A stretch of 64,000 nucleotides of DNA from Octopus sinensis (lineage: Eukaryota): positions 46,934,001 through 46,998,000 of the forward strand of contig NC_043015.1 of assembly GCF_006345805.1 (NCBI RefSeq), in the 5' to 3' direction. Of the stretch, positions 61,340 through 64,000 are shown one piece after another; the stretch's first letter is position 1, and each line of letters starts with the position of its first letter. A program made the position numbers and the translations under genes. The notes beneath the pieces are model-generated. The model did no database searches. It was not told the origin of the DNA and was given only the letters and a program-made list of their open reading frames with translations.

Positions 61340-64000
61340 TATATATAATATATAATATAAATTAGACATGGGCGATTGTTGTATTCTTTCTTGTCTTGAG
61401 GTTCACAGCCAAACGGGTGGGTGGATTTGCGTGAAAAATGGCACACATGTGGAGACAGGTGCATAGATTGGAATGCAATTTGTATTTTTTTTCCTAGCCC
61501 CCATAGTTACCGAGAAAATCAATGAAAACTTTTCTAATGGAATTCCCACGCCAACATACATAACCACTCTCTCTCTCCTTTCCTCTGTCAGTCACTCACA
61601 CATTCACTCACTACAAAAGTGAATAACAAAATTTCAGTTCACTCTCTCTCGGCCATAATAGATACATACATCTATGTATACATATATACTTACATACATA
61701 CATACATAACAATCTGCGTGCATGTGTGTGTGTCACTGAAGCCATTCATACATACATAACCTCTCTCTCTCTCTTTTACTCTGTCAATACTCACACATTC
61801 ACTCACTACAAAAAGTGAATAAAAAATTTCAGTTATCTCTCTCTCTCTTTTCACACACGCTAACAATAGCAATTCACATATACACCACACATTCTGTCTC
61901 ACACACCCCATCAAACACACACACACACATACACTCTCTCTCTCTCATTCTCACACACACACATCAATTCTTCCGCTTCATGCCAACTTCAAAAGAACTT
62001 CACTCATACAATCACTATCTCTCTGTGTCTTTTGCTTTCACACCAACTTCAAAAGATCCCCTTTCCACCCAACCCTATATTACAAAAATAAAAATTTCTT
62101 ATGGAGAAGGGCTCCTGACTCCTTTTACTGCAGGCGAAGGAGTAAAAAACGAAGATATTTTCACTTGTCCGGACATTGCTATTACAGACAAATTAACAAC
62201 AATTTGACTCGAGAGATAAACACAAACTACCTCATGCTGACTGCAAAAATCCTGCCAAATTAGCCGGAATAATACACACATCCATTTCATATATCTTCTT
62301 TCAATTTCTGCTCTTTGATTACAAAGACGTCCAATACAATAGCTCTCACCTACATTTTGTTCTCTAAAAAGGTACGTGTCTATTTTTTCTATAAGCGTAT
62401 AACAATGACTTATTTCATACTTCTCCACTTAGCTTTTATCTCCACTTTTCTTCAACTGGATACGTCTGCTGTTAAATTGCAGAACTTTGGCAGTACAGTT
62501 AAAAATCATTTCTGCTTTACTTCTTACATACAATTTCCCCGTAAATTCTTACAGCTTCATTTTTTGGTGATGATTGAAATGTCAAACATTTTCTAACTGT
62601 TAAGCAATTCTTAACATCAACTTCTTAATGCCTCTTCTATTTTTTTCCTGCCTCCATACTTAGTAAGAAAATCAATTAAAACTCTTTGTTCTGCCATTAA
62701 AACAACCAGTTATTCACACAGCTGCCATATACTATTCCGCTAGCAACAAGGGGACTACAGGATGACAGTCAGCCAAAACTTTCCCTATGCTATCTCTCTT
62801 CTTTCACCTCTTTGTGGGGTTAATTATCTTCATCTTTAGTTACAGTTTCTCATTAAAACTACATAATATGCAGAATTGTCGGATTAATACAGTAGGGTGT
62901 TTTGAGGGAGATTTGGCTGCTATTTCTACCAGGCCTACCAACCATGTAGAGGTCTGAACTTGATTTTCATTCACAGATTTGCATTTCAAAAATTTCCCAC
63001 TGAGACTACGTACAAATTCTTTGTTCACAACTCCTGAAGTTGTTTTCTGCGAAGATATTTTCATTTGTCCGAGCATTGCTATTAGACAAATTAACAACAA
63101 TTCAACTCAAGAGATAAACTCAGTTGCTCACACAGCCGGCATATACCATTTCGCTAGGAACAAGGGGACTACAGGATGACAGTCAGCCAATACCTTATGC
63201 CTAACTAAAAATGATAGGCGATCTCTTATCATTTAGCTTCATGCTTATTCACTATTGTCCTTCAAAGCTGCATGCTTTTTTTTAGAAACATTTCATTACT
63301 TTTTTTCTTATTTATCATTATACATTTCCACCTATAATAAAAGATAAAGATTAATACTTCGTTCAAAAACCTTAAAGTTTCCCTTTCAGACACGGGTTCA
63401 AGTTTCAAAAAAACTATACTTTCGCTACACTTACTATTTGCTTCTTTAAAAAATCTCATGACTTTTGCCTTAGTAAAAACCATCTTTACAGATAATGCCT
63501 AACCAAAAACAATCAATGCTCTGTTCCAAAAGGAATGCCCTCCTAAAACAGCGAAAAAGTGAGTTGTGTTCACAGGTACGTTTTTCAACCTTCATATCAT
63601 TTCGATTTTGCTTCCACACATTCTCCTGTATCCCATTTCAATATTGCACTTTCATATATGTCCTCTACTATTCCTTTCAGGAAACACCAGAAGCAAGAGA
63701 GGCCCGTCTTGCTGCACAGCGTAGTCATGATCAACGCTCACTACTTGACGAGCCTGTTGAAGCAAGGCAGGCCCATCTTGCTTCCATGCATATTTGAAAT
63801 CAGCGATCATTCTTTCAGGAGTCGGCAGAAACAAGGCAGGCCCGTCTTGCTGCCCTGGATGTTTCAATAATGTGTATCGGCACGTGGATGATAATCAAAA
63901 AATTATACTCCCGCGTTCTGCAGGCAACCGTCTTGAATGGACCAGCCACTGTTATAGACACATATCATATCTCTCCGACTAACTGCATATTAATGAAAAT
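61340..64000 (+). mobile_element. Left part of a large Helitron-like element (runs off the right edge)
   Basis: Internal direct repeats (62152-62221 ~ 63052-63120; 62717-62780 ~ 63132-63195) and an STPR-repeat gene relic at 63495+. The left boundary is a guess, since the TC-ATATAAA-type start is buried in (TA)n. Confidence 0.5.
63495..64000 (+). pseudogene. Spliced gene relic encoding 23-aa STPR repeats (Helitron Rep/Hel N-terminus-like)
   Basis: Exon 63495-63575, intron GTACGT...TTTCAG 63576-63680, then ETPEAREARLAAQRSHDQRSLLD / EPVEARQAHLASMHI*NQRSFFQ / ESAETRQARLAAL. The period is exactly 23 aa; there is an in-frame TGA and a later frameshift. Confidence 0.75.

Overview
Eukaryotic, AT-rich and repeat-dominated DNA. 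The SINE families and the (TA)n/(CAT)n/(GATA)n load point to an octopus (cephalopod) genome; this is inferred, not proven. One convincing host coding exon was found: 52668-53540 on the minus strand, a Tyr-rich terminal exon with an internal 35-aa duplication, probably a receptor cytoplasmic tail. The rest is a nested mosaic: RTE, CR1 and a ~3.3 kb HERO-like RLE LINE; several tRNA-derived SINE families; DD34D and DD37D Tc1/mariner relics; Helitrons, including a spliced STPR-repeat gene relic at the right edge; an 8-bp-TSD MITE carrying (TTAGGG)n; a long-TIR foldback element; and many Penelope-like (PLE) terminal repeats. The most striking signal is that at least six unrelated PLE-type repeat families each carry a minimal type-I hammerhead ribozyme fold with a different catalytic core. 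These include a G3:C8 swapped core (2 copies, with a compensatory stem-II pair) and an A6U core (4 copies, one directly downstream of a GIY-YIG C-terminus). All folds and alignments were done by eye and ribozyme activity is untested. No prokaryotic systems (CRISPR, operons) are present.
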